A stretch of DNA of 64,000 nt from Bacteroidota bacterium (GTDB lineage: Bacteria > Bacteroidota > Bacteroidia > Bacteroidales > FEN-979), in NCBI GenBank assembly GCA_026391715.1, contig JAPLDO010000077.1, forward strand, positions 17,736 to 81,735. Direction: 5' to 3'. Position 1 is the first letter of the stretch, and every line of letters begins with the position of its first letter. Below are positions 1 to 9,700 of the stretch, piece by piece. A program made the translations under genes and the position numbers. The notes below the pieces were generated by a model. It had not been told where the DNA came from. It made no database searches and saw only the letters and a program-made list of their open reading frames with translations.

Positions 1-455
1 CCTGCTCCCGGAACGAGGGCGTCCATTGGCTCCTGGGCGCCGGTTTTGTACATGTCAATCTGAAAACAGCCGGGTTCGGGATCAAACGAGGCGATCATGT
101 CGAACTCGATAGTAAAATTCTCCGGGAAGGGCTTCCCAATTTCCGGGTAAAACGTGCCGCCGGTGTTCATTTTGAACCATTTTCCAGGCATTCCGCCAAT
201 GGTTACCACTTCGCCTGAGTTATTGGTATTCCAACGGGCAGGGAAATCCGCGATGTTGTCGGAACTGAAATCGTCAAAAAAGAACACTTGTTCGCCGGGG
301 ACAAAATCAAATTTGCTGAAAACCTGCAACGAAGGTTCTTTTTGCTGGCTTCCTGAGGTAGTTGATTCTGTTTTTGCCGGTTCTTCTTCCTGGGCAGATA
401 CTATCGTTGAAATTGCCAGAAAAAGTACAATCACCAATGCTTTTAAGTGGTTCAT
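1..455 (-). CDS. hypothetical secreted protein (C-terminal part lies beyond the window edge)
   Basis: The reverse-strand frame is open from the ATG (complement of cat at 453-455) to position 1 with no stop. The N-terminus MNHLKALVIVLFLAISTIVSAQ looks like a signal peptide. The listed + ORF 154..483 is its antisense shadow. Confidence 0.5.
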   Translation of the reverse strand, partial: MNHLKALVIVLFLAISTIVSAQEEEPAKTESTTSGSQQKEPSLQVFSKFDFVPGEQVFFFDDFSSDNIADFPARWNTNNSGEVVTIGGMPGKWFKMNTGGTFYPEIGKPFPENFTIEFDMIASFDPEPGCFQIDMYKTGAQEPMDALVPGA

Positions 456-479
456 AATATTTGGTTTTACAATGTTACG

Positions 480-707
480 TTAAGCTACTTTTAATTTTAA
501 TACTTCAAGTTCCGCCCCATTTATAAAAGCCTGGTTCCCTCTGTTAAGTACTTCTTTTGCGATTTCCTGATCCAGATAATAATGTTCGCAAACATCGCAG
601 ATATGTGCCGGGACTTCTTTTATAAGGATGATAGAACCTTTTTTTTCGAGGGTAACTGTCACCTGACCATCACGCATGGCGCCAGTTTTACAAATGACAC
701 AATTCAT
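480..707 (-). CDS. YgiT/MqsA-type zinc-ribbon antitoxin-like protein
   Basis: 75 aa with two CxxC pairs (CVICKTG ... CDVCEH). It sits 1 nt downstream of a DUF4258-like ORF, which is a typical small TA pair layout. Confidence 0.6.
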   Translation of the reverse strand: MNCVICKTGAMRDGQVTVTLEKKGSIILIKEVPAHICDVCEHYYLDQEIAKEVLNRGNQAFINGAELEVLKLKVA

Positions 708-708
708 T

Positions 709-1011
709 TTATTTCATTTTAATTTTTAAATCCGCTGACCACATATTTTTATCAGGCTCATAAACTGTAACCAAAATGCAAGTTTCAGTATCCATGTCCT
801 TTGCAACAACAAGATGCAATGGTCTATGATCGCTGAATCCCAACAATAGAAAACAGGGATATGGTTTATCATCCGGATATTCATTGATTATATCACCACT
901 GTTCAGAACGACATTCACTTCATTCATGGAAATTTCACGTTTGAACATTTGAGAAATTATATGATCGGTGAATAAAATCCTCTTACATTCCATTCCGGAA
1001 AATTTCGTCAA
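709..1011 (-). CDS. DUF4258-like toxin-type protein
   Basis: 100 aa. The FTDHIISQM ... HLVV ... VTVY pattern resembles the DUF4258 family, and it is paired with the zinc-ribbon ORF. Confidence 0.55.
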   Translation of the reverse strand: MTKFSGMECKRILFTDHIISQMFKREISMNEVNVVLNSGDIINEYPDDKPYPCFLLLGFSDHRPLHLVVAKDMDTETCILVTVYEPDKNMWSADLKIKMK

Positions 1012-1035
1012 AAGTAGGAAAAAACCAGTCTGGTT

Positions 1036-1659
1036 TCATGGTATTGTTGAGAATAACCTGCCAATTGAGCTGACAGACATATTGATCATCTCCTCCCCTT
1101 CCGGATCGCGCATGGCGTTGATCAGTTTACAACCGGTGAATTCAGGGAGATCCTCAATTGTAATTTCACGTTCTGAAACCAACCCCGCTGAAATTAATCT
1201 TTGCCTACAGGTTCCGTTATGCAATGGTCGCGATGGAGTAAACCATTGGACGCCATTGAAAAAAATGAGATTCGAAATGGATGTATCGGTGATATATCCG
1301 TTCTTCACGATGATGATTTCATCACAATCTTCCCGCAATTCAAAAAGTCGCTCCAGATGTGAACGGTCAGAATATTTAAACGGATAGTCAATGTTGTCGC
1401 AGTAAACAAGTTTCAACGACCGGATGACCCGCTTTTCGTAAGATTTGAAGGTTATTTCCTCAATGTCTTTTCCATAAAAGATGTTGCATCTCACGATCCC
1501 GGATGACATTTCCCCGGGAACGACCAGGGAGACGCCCAATTCGACGGTTCCGCAATAAGGCCAGAATTCAGCCCGCGCCTGGTTCATGCGCCGTTCATGC
1601 CATACAAGGTTCAGTGGAATCCCATTTTCCACACGAATCGTCTCAAACAACCGGCACAT
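1036..1659 (-). CDS. pabC: aminodeoxychorismate lyase-like class IV aminotransferase family protein
   Basis: 207 aa. The N-terminus LFETIRVENGIPLNLVWHERRM is typical of ADC lyase and fold-type IV enzymes. The start overlaps the pabB stop by 17 nt. Confidence 0.6.
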   Translation of the reverse strand: MCRLFETIRVENGIPLNLVWHERRMNQARAEFWPYCGTVELGVSLVVPGEMSSGIVRCNIFYGKDIEEITFKSYEKRVIRSLKLVYCDNIDYPFKYSDRSHLERLFELREDCDEIIIVKNGYITDTSISNLIFFNGVQWFTPSRPLHNGTCRQRLISAGLVSEREITIEDLPEFTGCKLINAMRDPEGEEMINMSVSSIGRLFSTIP

Positions 1660-2680
1660 AGATCTTTTTTAACATCTCGTCATATTCACTTTGCATATCG
1701 CTCAGCGCGGTGATCCCGCCGCCGCTTTTGAAAACAAGTCCATCGGGCATTTCTTCGATAAACCTAATTGACACTGCCGATTCGAGCGTTTTCCCGTCGA
1801 AATATCCAAAAATTCCGGTATAAAAACTGCGGTTATAATTCTCGGTTTCGCGGATGATCTGCACCGTTTTCTCCTTGGGCGCGCCCGTAACCGATCCGGC
1901 AGGCAAAAGAGTGAAAAGAATATCCCCCAGCCGATTCCGGTAACCGACGGGCAGTTCGCCGGTTATCTCTGAACTCATTTGCAGCAGATCTCCGCGGTTG
2001 GTGTTAATCCGGTCAATGTAGCGGAATCGCGCCACCTTCACGCCGGTCGAAACCATCGAAAGGTCGTTGCGGATCAGATCAACGATGGTGTTGTGTTCGA
2101 AAAATTCCTTGTCGTCCCCGAGAAGCCGTTTCTCCGCATCGGGAACATCGGCGCTGATCGTACCCTTCATCGGGCAGGAAGTGATCATCCCATCGCGGAT
2201 CGAAACAAATGGTTCCGGTGAAAACACAACAAACTTTCCGGGAACATAAAGTTTGAACGGCGCCTGACCGGCGTAAAACAGTTCCTCAAGGGAAAGATTT
2301 GTTTGCAACGGCGTTTGGAAGGTCAGGTTCAGAAGGTATGTGTTTCCGGTTTTCAGGTGATGCTGAATTTTATCAAAGGCTTGTTCATAAGTTTTCAGAT
2401 CCACCGGGGAGAAAGTGAAAGTCGTGGGACGTTTTCCCGTTCTTTTGGGATAATTGCGCTGATCGCCGATCTTAAAGCAGACGCCTTGTCTGGCAGCCTC
2501 ATCCGGAGTTAAGACAAATCCGTTCCGGCAATCAAAATCAATGGCAAACAGAAACGGCTTTTCATTTTTGGCAAAGTGGTTAATGGTTTGAATGATGGAG
2601 GAGCGTGAGACGAACATGAGGATTAAGTCGAAAATTTTCTGTGGCAGTACGGGTATCAAAACAGATGTTAAAAATTTCAC
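1643..2680 (-). CDS. pabB: aminodeoxychorismate synthase component I (short chorismate-binding enzyme)
   Basis: Chorismate-binding motifs PAGSVTGAPK and SGGGITALS. The likely true start is the internal Met at 2617 (MFVSRSS...). Confidence 0.75.
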   Translation of the reverse strand: MKFLTSVLIPVLPQKIFDLILMFVSRSSIIQTINHFAKNEKPFLFAIDFDCRNGFVLTPDEAARQGVCFKIGDQRNYPKRTGKRPTTFTFSPVDLKTYEQAFDKIQHHLKTGNTYLLNLTFQTPLQTNLSLEELFYAGQAPFKLYVPGKFVVFSPEPFVSIRDGMITSCPMKGTISADVPDAEKRLLGDDKEFFEHNTIVDLIRNDLSMVSTGVKVARFRYIDRINTNRGDLLQMSSEITGELPVGYRNRLGDILFTLLPAGSVTGAPKEKTVQIIRETENYNRSFYTGIFGYFDGKTLESAVSIRFIEEMPDGLVFKSGGGITALSDMQSEYDEMLKKIYVPVV

Positions 2681-2685
2681 GCAGA

Positions 2686-3033
2686 TTAATTAAAAAAATC
2701 CGGTTCCATTAAATTTTCCCTGACCTCCGCCAGTTCCATCTCCAATTGCGCTATTTCATTTTGTTTTTGTTTGATCAATTTCGTGATTCTATTCATATTT
2801 ATCATTCGGCTAAGATCTTCTACCGGTGGTTTTCGGGGACTTACTTTAGCCACAGGAGCAGGTATCTCCTCTTTAGCGAATTTTATTTTGTGATCCTCCT
2901 TATACTGATAATCCTGATAATCCGAAGAATTGGTGTAATCGTTATCCTGACCTTTGTTGATCCTTACGGCTGACAATACGATCAACAAACTAAAGACCCC
3001 TAAGAGACCAAAAACAACTTGAAGAATTATCAT
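2686..3033 (-). CDS. hypothetical single-pass membrane protein with C-terminal coiled coil
   Basis: 115-aa ORF with an N-terminal hydrophobic helix MIILQVVFGLLGVFSLLIVLSAV and a charged heptad-like tail. It is tightly packed upstream of pabB. Confidence 0.45.
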   Translation of the reverse strand: MIILQVVFGLLGVFSLLIVLSAVRINKGQDNDYTNSSDYQDYQYKEDHKIKFAKEEIPAPVAKVSPRKPPVEDLSRMINMNRITKLIKQKQNEIAQLEMELAEVRENLMEPDFFN

Positions 3034-3216
3034 ATTTATTAGGTGTTAATAATGAACCAAATATCCATTAGTGCATTCATGGCGTCTTGCGCTGTTTCTG
3101 TCCGCGCCCAAATTTAGGAAGAAATAATGTTGAGTTGAACCAAATTCACCCCAAACCAAAATACTTTCGCATTTAATCCCATGATACCAAATTTCATCGT
3201 TATTTTGCACCCTCAT

Positions 3217-3292
3217 TCGTCCCTCGTCCCTCGTCCCTCGTCCCTCGTCCCTCGTCCCTCGTCCCTCGTCCCTCGTCCCTCGTCCCTCGTCC
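3217..3292. repeat. heptanucleotide tandem repeat (TCGTCCC) x10 plus a partial unit
   Basis: Counted directly: ten perfect 7-nt units at 3217-3286, then tcgtcc. The tract ends 3 nt before the pabA ATG at 3296. Confidence 0.95.
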
Positions 3293-3295
3293 TCC

Positions 3296-3892
3296 ATGCT
3301 CCTCCTCCTCAACAACCACGACTCCTTCACCTGGAACCTTGCCGAACTTTTGCGAACCATTGGGAATGTCAGCTTTGAGATTGTTTCTTCAGAAGATTTC
3401 AATAGCGCAATGATGCCAAAGTTCGACAGGATTATCTTTTCGCCTGGTCCCGGACTTCCGCAGGAGCGCCCGGCAATGTTCACTATTTTAAAAGAGATAG
3501 AAGAGCGGGAATCCAGACGCGAAAAAGTTCCTTCTGTTTTGGGAGTCTGCCTTGGCATGCAAGCTATCGCCATCCATTTTGGAGCAAAACTGATCAACCT
3601 GCCATCGGTCATACATGGTCAATCACGGAAACTGCGAATCCTTCGACCTGACAATCCTCTTTTCAACGAAATTCCCGATGGATGTGAAGTTGGTCTTTAT
3701 CATTCCTGGGCAGTTGATCCTGCCTCCATTCCCGCTTGCCTCGAAACGCTCGCCATCAGCCCTGATGAAACCATCATGGCTCTTTGCCACAAAACCATCC
3801 CTGTAACCGGAGTACAATTTCACCCAGAATCAATTATGACTCCAACTGGGAAAAAAATGATCGAAAACTGGCTTGGGGAAGGGAGTTGGTAA
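3296..3892 (+). CDS. pabA: aminodeoxychorismate/anthranilate synthase component II (class I glutamine amidotransferase)
   Basis: N-terminus LLLLNNHDSFTWNL, nucleophile elbow GVCLGMQ, and QFHPES near the C-terminus. Divergent from pabB/pabC. Confidence 0.85.
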   Translation: MLLLLNNHDSFTWNLAELLRTIGNVSFEIVSSEDFNSAMMPKFDRIIFSPGPGLPQERPAMFTILKEIEERESRREKVPSVLGVCLGMQAIAIHFGAKLINLPSVIHGQSRKLRILRPDNPLFNEIPDGCEVGLYHSWAVDPASIPACLETLAISPDETIMALCHKTIPVTGVQFHPESIMTPTGKKMIENWLGEGSW

Positions 3893-3901
3893 GTTGGTAA
3901 G

Positions 3902-5353
3902 TTATTTGATGGCTGTCATTAATTCATTCAGAGTATTTGGCGAGGCAACAATTTCTCTGGTTTTTGCATCAAGCAAAATCATCACAGGCGTTGCCAATAC
4001 GTAGTAATCGCTTGCAACTTTGCTTCGAACGCCTTCCGCAGCCCGGATATGTTTCCAACCTGTAAGTCCTGTGATTTTTTTATCCCAGGCTTTCACCTCT
4101 GTATCAGTTTCATCGAGACTGATGGCTATAATATCAATTTTCTGCTGAACATCCAATTGCCGCTGCCAGGGGTATATTTTATCAACGGTTTCAACACAGT
4201 GGCTGCAATCCGCCGACCAGAAAAGAAGAAGAATGTACTTGCACTTAGTCTCGTACCTGTTCAGTTCAAAAAGATTTCCTTCAAAATCTTTCAATGAAAT
4301 ATCAGGGGCTTTTGCGCCAGTCACGAGGGTTTCCATGCCTTTCAACCGGCGTTCGATCTCCTGCCTTTTGGTGGTGAGGCAGTTTGGGTCATCCAGGTAA
4401 GGCTGCAGGGCTTTCATGCCGGCGTCAATGGCGTTCGATTCATAGCCTTTGTAGAAATAATCCACCATCCACCCATAAACAAGCGGATGTCCCGGTTTGG
4501 CTTTCTCTATCGCGTTTTTTCCGGCGGCGGGAAAAAGGGAATCGCGCAAAGCTACTGTTGTTGCCATCTGTCCGTAAAGGTTCACATAATTGTCCATCCA
4601 TTTGTTTATATTGGAAGTTTTAACAATTCGCGGATCCTGAAAATCCATGCCATCAAAATAGTGGTTGATCATGCTTTGCATCCGGTCGCTTTCGGAACCT
4701 TTAAGAACGATCTCCGGCACATATTGGAAGTCGTACATATTGCTGATAAAAAGAGCCTTATCTTGTTGTTTCCTTGATTTCAGCCAATCGTTGTAGTTAT
4801 TCCGGCGCTCGTTATATTCTTTAATGCCTTGCCGGTAAAATGCTGATTCCGGGTCATCATAATTCATTAAAAAATTCTGCAACAGCCCCAGCTTTTCTTT
4901 CTTTTTCGCATTCTCCATTGAAAACTCCACAAAAGTTGTATTTTCCTTTTCACCTTTCTGAAACCAGGAGCTATCGAGGTTGTTGCAATATTTCGGGCTT
5001 ACCCAAAGTTCAAGGTCCTGTTCATTGATAAAGATATTTTTCTCTGAAGGATACGGGGTACTTGACTCATTTTCCTTGTAATCGAACCGTAAAACGCACT
5101 CCCCTGGCAGGTTCTCCTTCAAAACCGAAATTTTAGCGGTCTCCCCGTTTTTTATACCTGGAACTTCATTTACAGGTTTAAATGTCCTTGAACCCGACAT
5201 TGCCAAAACGCTTATCTTGCTCTCATAAACGCCACGCAGATGGATTGTGATTGTGACGTCCCTTGTTTGTGCCGATGCAAAAAAAGGCGCTGATAACCAA
5301 AGTGAAACGGCAATTGCAATGGTAAGTCCTGTATGTATAAAATGCTTATTCAT
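3902..5353 (-). CDS. secreted thioredoxin-fold (TlpA/AhpC-TSA-like) thiol-disulfide oxidoreductase with a large N-terminal domain
   Basis: Signal peptide, and a C-terminal thioredoxin-like domain with LLLFWSADCSHC (CxxC). Confidence 0.7.
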   Translation of the reverse strand: MNKHFIHTGLTIAIAVSLWLSAPFFASAQTRDVTITIHLRGVYESKISVLAMSGSRTFKPVNEVPGIKNGETAKISVLKENLPGECVLRFDYKENESSTPYPSEKNIFINEQDLELWVSPKYCNNLDSSWFQKGEKENTTFVEFSMENAKKKEKLGLLQNFLMNYDDPESAFYRQGIKEYNERRNNYNDWLKSRKQQDKALFISNMYDFQYVPEIVLKGSESDRMQSMINHYFDGMDFQDPRIVKTSNINKWMDNYVNLYGQMATTVALRDSLFPAAGKNAIEKAKPGHPLVYGWMVDYFYKGYESNAIDAGMKALQPYLDDPNCLTTKRQEIERRLKGMETLVTGAKAPDISLKDFEGNLFELNRYETKCKYILLLFWSADCSHCVETVDKIYPWQRQLDVQQKIDIIAISLDETDTEVKAWDKKITGLTGWKHIRAAEGVRSKVASDYYVLATPVMILLDAKTREIVASPNTLNELMTAIK

Positions 5354-5662
5354 TTTTGTTGTTTTCAGTTAAAAACCCTTCGTGTTTTGTGCAATAAAAT
5401 TAGACAATTTTCAGGAACGCGGTAAAAAAACCTGCCTTCAAGCCATCCCCTTCCCTAAACTAACGCTACACAATAATTTTCTACCTACAAAAATTGTTTT
5501 TTTCAGTTTTCTGTTTAATTTTGTCACCAGACTAAATGAGATATAAAGCCATACCTATCTCTTCCATCCTGCACTCTGCATTTTGCATCCCGCATCCAGT
5601 ATTTCATAATTTCCAGTTCACATCATCTAAACAATCAATTACAAACTAAACAATCAAAAACC

Positions 5663-6736
5663 ATGAAAACAAAAACTTTCCTTCTGCTGGCGCTTTTCGT
5701 TGCCATGACCTACGGCGCCTTCGCCGTTGTAATTACCGTTAGTAACAACCCCAACAGCCCGGGGCAATACACAAGCTTACAGACTGCAATTGACGCCGCT
5801 GGAATTACCGGCGACACCCTGATGGTTGCAGGATCAACAACAAATTATGGCAGTATTACCATTTCAAAAAAGATTGTACTTGTCGGAGCCGGTTATAACA
5901 ATCCTTATGGATCTAACTCCTCTGTAACCAGTATTAATTTAAACCGCTCAAACGCATACGTTGGCGCAAGCGGTACAAAAATTATGGGCTTTGTCGTTAC
6001 CGGCACAATAACCCTTGAGCCGAGCGCCGGTGGTGGCACGCCTATCATGAACGATGTTCTTATTGAAAGATGCTGGCTTGAGTCTGTAAATTTCAGCGCT
6101 TGGTATAATAGCAATTCTTTAAGCAATGATACCGTTAGAAACTGCGTTATCAACGGAACTATTACATTACAAGTGGGACCGAGCAATTATAGCGCTCAGC
6201 TTAATAACATTCATATACACAATAACATTTTTAACGGAGCCTATTTTAACTCTTCTGGTTATAGCCTGAGTACCGTTTTTGTACGGAACAATATTTTCAT
6301 CAACAGAGCAAATAATCCTGTATTTAATTCTGTTACCAATATGGTCATTGAAAATAATATCTTTTATGGCGCTTTTCCCACAGTTGGCTCCGGTTGTGCT
6401 TTTACAAAAAACATTGGTTATCTGTGTCCCGACATGCCGGGCGCCGGCAATATCGGGGCAGGCAACATGAACAACACCAACCCTCAATTTGTCAATTTTC
6501 CGCTGTTGGGCGGAGCTTTTAGTTGGTCTTATAACTTCCACCTGCAAGCCGGTTCTCCCGGGATCGGCGCAGGCACCGATGGTACCGATATTGGTATTTA
6601 TGGCGGGATGCTTCCGTTTGAAGTAGGCGCCAACCCCCATTTCCCGCAGATGATGACCCTCACGCTGCCTGCCGGCAGTTCAGTTCCCGCAGGCGGAACG
6701 CTAAATGTCCATTTCACGGCAAAGAAACAGAATTAA
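5663..6736 (+). CDS. secreted protein, probable right-handed beta-helix repeat protein
   Basis: Signal peptide MKTKTFLLLALFVAMTYGAFA, and repeated N-rich turns (VRNCVINGTITL, IHNNIFNGAY, VRNNIFINRA, IENNIFYGAF). Confidence 0.5.
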   Translation: MKTKTFLLLALFVAMTYGAFAVVITVSNNPNSPGQYTSLQTAIDAAGITGDTLMVAGSTTNYGSITISKKIVLVGAGYNNPYGSNSSVTSINLNRSNAYVGASGTKIMGFVVTGTITLEPSAGGGTPIMNDVLIERCWLESVNFSAWYNSNSLSNDTVRNCVINGTITLQVGPSNYSAQLNNIHIHNNIFNGAYFNSSGYSLSTVFVRNNIFINRANNPVFNSVTNMVIENNIFYGAFPTVGSGCAFTKNIGYLCPDMPGAGNIGAGNMNNTNPQFVNFPLLGGAFSWSYNFHLQAGSPGIGAGTDGTDIGIYGGMLPFEVGANPHFPQMMTLTLPAGSSVPAGGTLNVHFTAKKQN

Positions 6737-6744
6737 GATTTTTC

Positions 6745-9700
6745 ATGATGAAAAATCGAATCTTACGGGTTCTGACGCTGCTATTACTGGCAGCAGTCAC
6801 GTCGCATGCGCAGGTACTCACACAGGCTGAGTATTTCGTGGATGTTGACCCGGGTGTGGGTCTTGCCACACCCATCGCAATGGCGCCCGGAGAAACGGTA
6901 ATTGGAAATTTCAGCATTCCGTTAAGCGGGCTACCGCCCGGATTTCACTGGGTTTACGTGAGGACAAGAGACGTTGGCAAACGATGGAGCATAGCCATGC
7001 CAACGAAGTTCTACATCTTCAGTCCGCAACCCGAACCGGCGATCCTACCCAGGTATTTCCCGATTACGAAAGCTGAATTTTTCTACGACGCCGATCCCGG
7101 CGAAGGCTTGGGGTTTCCCCTGCCGCTCATCCGGGGCGATACGGTGGTTGTTGACCGTTATCTTCGAGCCGTTGGCCTCGATACGGGGTATCACTACCTC
7201 TACGTCCGGGCTATGGACCAAATGAATTTGTGGGGGCTTGCAAAAAGGATCAGGTTCCACGTGGATACTGCACTCTGTAGCTACCCAATTGCAAATTTTA
7301 CCTTCGATACCGTTACTTATGGAACTCCGTGCCATTTCACGGATATGTCCACGAACACCGTGAGCGGTGCAACTTACAGGTGGGAGATCTATGCCCATGA
7401 TACGGTGATTTATACGACCAAAAACGTGGTGCATACCTTCACCTCTCCCGGGTATTATAAAGTAAAAATGACCGTAACAAATAGCGTTGGTTGTACCGCC
7501 AGCATCCTCCGGGATGTGATGACCGGTCCGTTGCCGCTTACAAACCTGCTGATTGCAGGTTCTACCTCTTTATGCAAGGGCGATTCGGTTATCCTCAGTT
7601 CCAATAATTATGAGGCGGGAACGAGGTATGACTGGTCAAACTGCGGAACAACCCGCGCCATTACCGTTAAGAGCGAAGGCAGTTACTATTGCTGGGTAAC
7701 CAATCCCTACGGCGTCTCGCTCAAATCGGAAACGGTGTTTGTTCATGTGCATGATGTGCCTGCAGTAGCGCTGACCTCGTTCAACGCCACCGGCGGTCAC
7801 TCAAATGGATCGGCATGGGCAGATATTACCAGCGGAACAGGCGCCTACGTGGTAAACTGGAGTACCGGGGCAACCGGAAACGTTCTTAACGGTCTCGCGC
7901 CGGGAAGTTACACAGTTACGGTAACCGATGGAAACTGCCCGGTGGTGAAGGAGTTCACCATAATCAATACCGCAGTTCAGCAAGGCGACATAGTAGCTGC
8001 GGAGTATTTCATTGATTCCGACCCGGGACAGGGAAATGGAATCCCGATCAACATCTGGTCAGGAGATACTGTTGATTACAAGTTCACCGTACCGATTATC
8101 GGACTCCAGGAGGGATATCATCACCTTTATATCCGCACCAAAGATACCCGCGGAATCTGGGGAATTGATAAATGGCATAAGATCTTTGTTGATCCGCCAG
8201 GACCGCCTCCGCGGCCACCCTTGCAGCCTCCCATTACCAAGGCTGAGTATTTCATCAATACCGATCCGGGCGTCGGGAAGGGGATCAATATACCCATCAT
8301 TCCCGGCGATGTAGTCAACCACGACTTCTATATCAATACTTATGGCATGTCAACAGGGTTTTACAATTTGTATATACGTACCCGCGACGCCAAAGGCAAG
8401 TGGGGGCAATATGCAATGACGCCGTTCTACATTTATGACAGCCAGCGCCATGATCTGACGAAAAACTATAAGTATATCGCAGGCGTGGAGTATTTCTACG
8501 ACGTTGATCCTGGCGTTCGGAATTGTTCCATCGTGAAGTCCAACATATACGAAACCATTGACCTCACACGCGATATCCGCATTGGCGCGCTGACGCCCGG
8601 ATTACATCGAGTTTACCTCCGACCGTTTGACGAAAAGGGAATCACAGGACTATGGAAGCGTATTGATTTCACAGTATTGAATGTTACCTGTACTTGTCCC
8701 ACCGTTGACTTTGGCGTTGATACTGTCAATGTCCTCGGCAATCCGACCCATTTCATTGATAAAAGCGCCGGCGTTTCTCCGGGCGCTCTGTACGAATGGG
8801 ATGTGAACGGCGACGGGGTGATTGATTACAACACGCCGAATGTGAACCATGTTTATCCGCAATATGGACTATACAATGCGAGGCTCACAGTGCGTAACAC
8901 TACAAACTGCTACGCTTCCATGACCCGCCAGGTGGTGGTAAGCCCGGTTATAGATACCAGTCTGACGATCGCCGGTAACACTACTTTCTGCGACGGCAAT
9001 TCGGTGATCCTCACGGCAAAACCCGGTTACACCTACAACTGGAGTTCCGATGAAATAACTCAATCCATCACGATAACGCGATCGGGCGACTATTCCGTGC
9101 GGTTGACCAATGTATTTGGAGTCCAGGGATTTTCAAGGAAGATCCATGTCACGGTTTATCCCGTTCCAACAGTCAACATTGTTGCCATCAATGCCAATGT
9201 TGGAAAACCGAATGGTACCGCCATCTGCAATGTAACCGGAGGAACCGGCAACTATTCCTATCTCTGGTCAACCGGAGAAAATAAATCCATAATAAACAAC
9301 CTTGCAGCCGGAAACTATTCAGTTACTGTAAACGACGGTCGCTGTCCGGTGATAAGTGAATTTACTATCGGCAGCGATCCGCTCTTCCCGGGCGACATCG
9401 TGAAAGCCGAATACTTTTTCGACGCCGATCCGGGTGTTGGAAATGCTACTGCGATGAACATTGCCGGGGGAGCTTCGATCTATTATGCCACGCTGATTCC
9501 GGTTGGCGGTCTTATGCCCGGCTATCACCAGTTGTTCGTCCGCGCAGCCGATACTTACAACCGTTGGAGCATTATCAAATGGGAACGGTTCATCGTGAAC
9601 GCACTTCTTCCACCTCTTGCGGTTAACAGACCACCCCTTGTGAAAGGAGAGTATTTCTACGATCAGGATCCAGGTGTTGGCAATGGAACGCCGGTAGCGT

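Noticed and set aside
154-483. 109-aa + strand ORF at the left edge
   Set aside because: The opposite strand carries an uninterrupted frame with a signal peptide starting at 455, so the + ORF is its shadow.
3046-3612. 188-aa minus-strand ORF containing a (GRGTRDE)n peptide repeat
   Set aside because: It is the translation of the heptamer DNA tract (7 nt x 3 = 21 nt periodicity). It runs antisense through the well-supported pabA gene.
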